Assembly: GCA_902789735.1 (NCBI GenBank)
Contig: CADAOZ010000007.1
Coordinates: 43,250-107,249, forward strand
Direction: 5' to 3'
DNA: 64,000 bases
Source of the DNA: an uncultured Lachnospiraceae bacterium
GTDB lineage: Bacteria > Bacillota > Clostridia > Lachnospirales > Lachnospiraceae
Shown here: positions 60,484 to 64,000 of the stretch, piece after piece
How the letters are laid out: each line of letters starts with the position of its first letter
Numbering within the stretch: the stretch's first letter is position 1
Position numbers and translations under genes: made by a program
Notes under the pieces: model-generated
Seen by the model: only the letters and a program-made list of their open reading frames with translations
What the model was told of the DNA's origin: nothing
Database searches by the model: none

Positions 60484-61083
60484 ATGAATGAGAAATTTTT
60501 TGATCTGAAAAAATCCAAACAGGACCGCATGATCAACGGTTCTCTCAAAATATTTACGGAAAACGGCTACCGCCACGCCAGCACGGACGAGATCGTCAGT
60601 GAGGCCGGCATCAGCAAGGGCCTGCTCTTCCACTATTTCATCAATAAGATCGGCCTCTTCTCTTTTCTGTATGAATATTCCACCCGTTTCGTCCTGCTGG
60701 AACTCCATGAGGAATTCCGGCGTCCGGAAACGGATTATTTTGAGCTGCAGAAAAGGCTGACGGACGCGGAAGCCAGTGTGATCCGTCTCTACCCCCATAT
60801 GCTGCTCTTCCTGGAAAAAGCGGACCGGGAGATCATCCCGGAAGTGGCGGAAGCAGTACGGGCCTGCCCGGCCCATGTCAGCGACCGTTATGAAGCCCTG
60901 TTCGAAGAAGTCAATTATCCGGCTTTCCTGTCCGCCGCGGACGCCCGCCGGATCACCGATATGCTGCAGATGACCCGGTCCGGAATCCTGCAGCGGTCCA
61001 TTCCCGGCGCCCTGCCGGACCCGGACGCCTATCGGGAGGAGGTCAGGGCCTGCCTGAATACCCTCCGCCGTATGACTCTCTGA
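60484..61083 (+). CDS. TetR/AcrR family transcriptional regulator (apparently leaderless mRNA)
   Basis: Trimmed to MNEKFFDLKKSKQDRMINGSLKIFTENGYRHASTDEIVSEAGISKGLLFHYF. TTGAAA-17-TATATT lies 7 nt upstream of the ATG and there is no SD. Confidence 0.8.
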   Translation: MNEKFFDLKKSKQDRMINGSLKIFTENGYRHASTDEIVSEAGISKGLLFHYFINKIGLFSFLYEYSTRFVLLELHEEFRRPETDYFELQKRLTDAEASVIRLYPHMLLFLEKADREIIPEVAEAVRACPAHVSDRYEALFEEVNYPAFLSAADARRITDMLQMTRSGILQRSIPGALPDPDAYREEVRACLNTLRRMTL

Positions 61084-61194
61084 CATCTGCCTGTCCCGGA
61101 GTCTTTCATCCGGGCATCTCATTTGACCGGCACTGCAGGAAACGGTTCTCTTTCGAGAACCGTTTCTTTTTATGCTTTATTTTATTCTGTATTT

Positions 61195-62901
61195 TTATTT
61201 CTTAGGCAGCTTGAAAGAACTCTTGAGGCCTACGATCCTGTTGAAAACAGGGGCGCCTTCTCTGGAATCCTTGTAATCTACGCAGAAATAGCCGTTGCGG
61301 ACGAACTGGAAACGCTCGAAGGGCTTCACGTCCTGCAGAGCCGGCTCTGCCCATGCCCGGCATACCGTCAGGGAATGGGGGTTGAGGTTGAGGCTGCCGT
61401 CCGCGTTGTAAACGCCCTTTTCCTCATCGATGATGTTCTCATACAGACGGGCTTCCACGGGGACTGCCTGCCCGGCATAGACCCAGTGGATGGTACCCTT
61501 GACCTTACGGCCGGTAAAACCGCTGCCGCTCTTCGTTTCAGGATCATATGTGGCATGAACGGCGGTGATATTGCCGTCCTCATCCTTGTCAAAACCGGTG
61601 CACCTGACAAAATAGCCGTACATCAGGCGGACTTCATTGCCGGGGAACAGTCTGTAGTATTTCCGGGGCGGCACTTCCATAAAGTCATTGCGCTCAATCC
61701 AGAGCTCTCTGCCGAAGGGGATCTTACGCTTGCCCAGCTCGGGATTCTCCAGATTGTTGTCGGCATCCAGATACTCGACCTGGTCCTCGGGATAATTGTC
61801 GATGATCAGTTTGATGGGATCCAGAACTGCCAGCATACGCTTGCAGCCGATCTTCAGATCGTCGCGGATGCAGTATTCCAGCATGGCGTAATCCACAGAG
61901 GAGTTGCTCTTGGAGACACCGCACAGGTCGACGAACTTGCGGATGGACTCGGGCGTGAAGCCTCTGCGGCGCAGGCCGGAAATAGAGACCAGCCTGGGAT
62001 CATCCCAGCCGTCCACGATCCCGTCCAGGACCAGCTTCTTGATATAACGCTTGCCGGTAACGACATTGGTCAGGAACATCTTGGCAAATTCGATCTGTCT
62101 GGGGGGATGGGGATACTCCGCCTCCCGGACGACCCAGTCATAAAGAGGCCTGTGATCTTCGAATTCCAGGGTACAGATGGAATGGGTAATGCCTTCGATG
62201 GCGTCCTCGATCGGATGGGCGAAATCGTACATGGGATAGATGCACCACTTGTCGCCCGTATTGTGATGGGTCATATGAGCCACGCGGTAGATGATCGGAT
62301 CACGCATATTGATATTGCCGCTGGACATATCGATCCTGGCCCGCAGGGTGCGCTCACCGTCCGCGAACTCACCGTTCTTCATGCGTTCGAACAGGTCCAG
62401 GTTCTCCTCGACGGGACGGTCCCGGTTGGGATCGTTCCGGCCCGGCTCGGTCAGGGTGCCGCGGTATTCACGCATCTGCTCCGCCGTCAGCTCAGAGACA
62501 TAGGCCTTACCCTTTTTGATCAGTTTGACGGCGACCTCATACATTTCCTGGAAATAGTCGGAGGCGAAAAAGATCCTGTCTTCATAATCCGCGCCCAGCC
62601 ATGTCACATCCTCACGGATGGACTCTACGAATTCCGTATCCTCCTTGGTGGGATTGGTATCATCATAACGCAGATTGAATTTACCGCCGTATTCCTGGGC
62701 CAGTCCGTAGTTGAGCAGTATGCTCTTGGCATGGCCTATATGCAGATAGCCATTGGGTTCGGGAGGGAATCTGGTATGTACCGTGGTGTAAACGCCTTCC
62801 GCCAGGTCCTTATCGATCTCCTGCTCGATAAAGTTCCTGCTTTCTCTGGTCTCTTCTTCAGCGGCCGCGTCCGCGCCGTTCCTGATCTCTTCGTTGCTCA
62901 T
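61195..62901 (-). CDS. glnS: Glutamine--tRNA ligase
   Basis: Trimmed to [11 protein letters not shown], which has an AGGAGA RBS. Class I HIGH motif [11 protein letters not shown], and MSK motif LSKR-type region. Overall GlnRS architecture including the anticodon-binding beta-barrels. Confidence 0.9.
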   Translation of the reverse strand: MSNEEIRNGADAAAEEETRESRNFIEQEIDKDLAEGVYTTVHTRFPPEPNGYLHIGHAKSILLNYGLAQEYGGKFNLRYDDTNPTKEDTEFVESIREDVTWLGADYEDRIFFASDYFQEMYEVAVKLIKKGKAYVSELTAEQMREYRGTLTEPGRNDPNRDRPVEENLDLFERMKNGEFADGERTLRARIDMSSGNINMRDPIIYRVAHMTHHNTGDKWCIYPMYDFAHPIEDAIEGITHSICTLEFEDHRPLYDWVVREAEYPHPPRQIEFAKMFLTNVVTGKRYIKKLVLDGIVDGWDDPRLVSISGLRRRGFTPESIRKFVDLCGVSKSNSSVDYAMLEYCIRDDLKIGCKRMLAVLDPIKLIIDNYPEDQVEYLDADNNLENPELGKRKIPFGRELWIERNDFMEVPPRKYYRLFPGNEVRLMYGYFVRCTGFDKDEDGNITAVHATYDPETKSGSGFTGRKVKGTIHWVYAGQAVPVEARLYENIIDEEKGVYNADGSLNLNPHSLTVCRAWAEPALQDVKPFERFQFVRNGYFCVDYKDSREGAPVFNRIVGLKSSFKLPKK

Positions 62902-63086
62902 GAAATGCTGTCTCCTTCTACTTATTACTGCCACTGGCCGGTGCGGTCCGGAAAACGGACACCGCAGCGCGGCCGGTCCGGACAGGGCATGCCCGCGGAC
63001 CGGGCGTGGATTATTGTATCATTATTTTCCGCTCCTGTCACCGTCCGGCGGATATTCCGGACCGGACCAGCCGCGCGAAGGGACGC

Positions 63087-63596
63087 TCAGTCCCGGAAGA
63101 TCTTGCGGGGCATATAGGTACGCAGGCTCCGGAAGATCTCCTCCGCGTACTCACCTTCCAGATCCAGCACCAGAATCTTGTCCGGGAAGCAGACACGGTA
63201 ACGGATTCCGGGACGGGCCGGCTCCGTATGGCTGGAATAGTCGGTCACCGGCAGGTTCCTGTTGTTATAACTGTCCAGATGATGGGATTTTTCCGGCGCC
63301 ATGACCTCCATCTCATTCAGATCATAGACTGCCACTTCCTTCCGTTTGGATTTATTGATGATCTTTGCCACCCGCAGTTCCCTGTCCACATAGGCGTATT
63401 CATAGTCGATATTGAGATCCTGGCTCAGATACCAGGCAAGGGCGGCGAACAGGACCGTACCGATCAGGGAAAACGCGCCGAAAACCAGCAGCCCCAGGGC
63501 ACACACCACAGCCAGGGCAGCCGCCACGATCTGCAGGATCTTCTTCAGGGGATTATTCGCTCTTTTCACAACAATTTCAAGACAGCCAGTATCCAT
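63087..63596 (-). CDS. Hypothetical membrane protein
   Basis: Trimmed to MDTGCLEIVVKR, which has an AAGGAGG RBS. Two TM helices. No family recognised. Confidence 0.5.
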   Translation of the reverse strand: MDTGCLEIVVKRANNPLKKILQIVAAALAVVCALGLLVFGAFSLIGTVLFAALAWYLSQDLNIDYEYAYVDRELRVAKIINKSKRKEVAVYDLNEMEVMAPEKSHHLDSYNNRNLPVTDYSSHTEPARPGIRYRVCFPDKILVLDLEGEYAEEIFRSLRTYMPRKIFRD

Positions 63597-63739
63597 AACA
63601 GCAGTCCTCCTTACCATATTCCGGACAGGCGTGCCCGTCCGTTCGTCCTTTTCATTATGTCAGAAACAAAACAAAATGCAAGCGCCGGAGCGCCTGCATT
63701 CAAACAGACTTCTGTCAGACCGCGGCCGCCCGGGACCGG

Positions 63740-64000
63740 TCAGATCTGCGTCAGAACAAAAATATCATAAATAGCACGGATGGCCGTCTCAAAGTCTTCA
63801 TTCTCCACACCGATGATGATATTGAGCTCGCTGGAGCCCTGGTCGATCATCCTGACATTGACATGGGCGTGGGCCAGGGCGGAAAAGATCCGGCCGGCGG
63901 TACCCCGCGTGGACTTCATACCGCGGCCGACCACCGCAATCAGAGCCAGGTCGGACTCGATCTCGACGGAATCCGGACCTGCCAGCCTGTGGATAGCGGA
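63740..64000 (-). CDS. lysC: Aspartate kinase, C-terminal ACT-domain fragment (N-terminus beyond the window end)
   Basis: ...IAVVGRGMKSTRGTAGRIFSALAHAHVNVRMIDQGSSELNIIIGVENEDFETAIRAIYDIF matches the aspartokinase regulatory ACT region. The frame stays open to position 64000. Confidence 0.8.
   Translation of the reverse strand, partial: SAIHRLAGPDSVEIESDLALIAVVGRGMKSTRGTAGRIFSALAHAHVNVRMIDQGSSELNIIIGVENEDFETAIRAIYDIFVLTQI

Overview
This 64-kb window is high-GC chromosomal DNA from a Clostridia-like Firmicute. The assignment rests on a CIRCE/HrcA-controlled groES-groEL operon, addAB, the rpmE-DUF1385-prmC-prfA order, and AGGAGG-type ribosome-binding sites (RBS) throughout. About 50 genes are dense on both strands, with many antisense shadow ORFs typical of GC-rich DNA. 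I found no rRNA, tRNA, CRISPR array, transposase or integrase.

What the window contains:
- Housekeeping genes: relA/spoT (cut by the window edge), groES/groEL with a perfect CIRCE operator, ppdK, an ABC-F ATPase, ppk1-ppx/gppA, prfA-prmC-rpmE, a flotillin, lctP, addA/addB, glnS and a partial aspartokinase.
- Accessory genes: a TetR-CPBP protease pair, a membrane-anchored XRE regulator, an Fe-S aldo/keto reductase, a two-component system preceded by two DUF975-like membrane paralogs, a mannitol-type PTS locus, and a uracil permease.

The strongest candidate for an undescribed system is a five-gene minus-strand operon at 4255..9961, read from its 5' end:
- a STAS anti-sigma antagonist (9665..9961);
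- a GHKL anti-sigma kinase of the RsbW/SpoIIAB type (9208..9615);
- a 161-aa short HlyD-like secretion protein (8689..9174);
- a C39-peptidase ABC exporter (6486..8672);
- a second, peptidase-less ABC exporter of the NHLM type (4255..6438).

This is a partner-switching module fused to a double-glycine peptide export machine. No sigma factor and no canonical precursor peptide is nearby. A divergent 88-aa K/Cys-rich ORF with an FKGG motif, guarded by an inverted repeat, is the only candidate cargo.

Other observations worth a second look:
- An MtlA-like PTS permease with a duplicated EIIB domain, paired with a GpsA-family dehydrogenase that lacks the GxGxxG fingerprint, under a LacI-type regulator.
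- A PurF paralog without the N-terminal cysteine nucleophile, next to ppk1-ppx.
- A PHP-Cof fusion protein.
- Two intergenic tandem repeats, one duplicating the prmC translation-initiation region.

Where the ORF track began on TTG/GTG or a spurious upstream codon, I moved the start to the first ATG with a ribosome-binding site.
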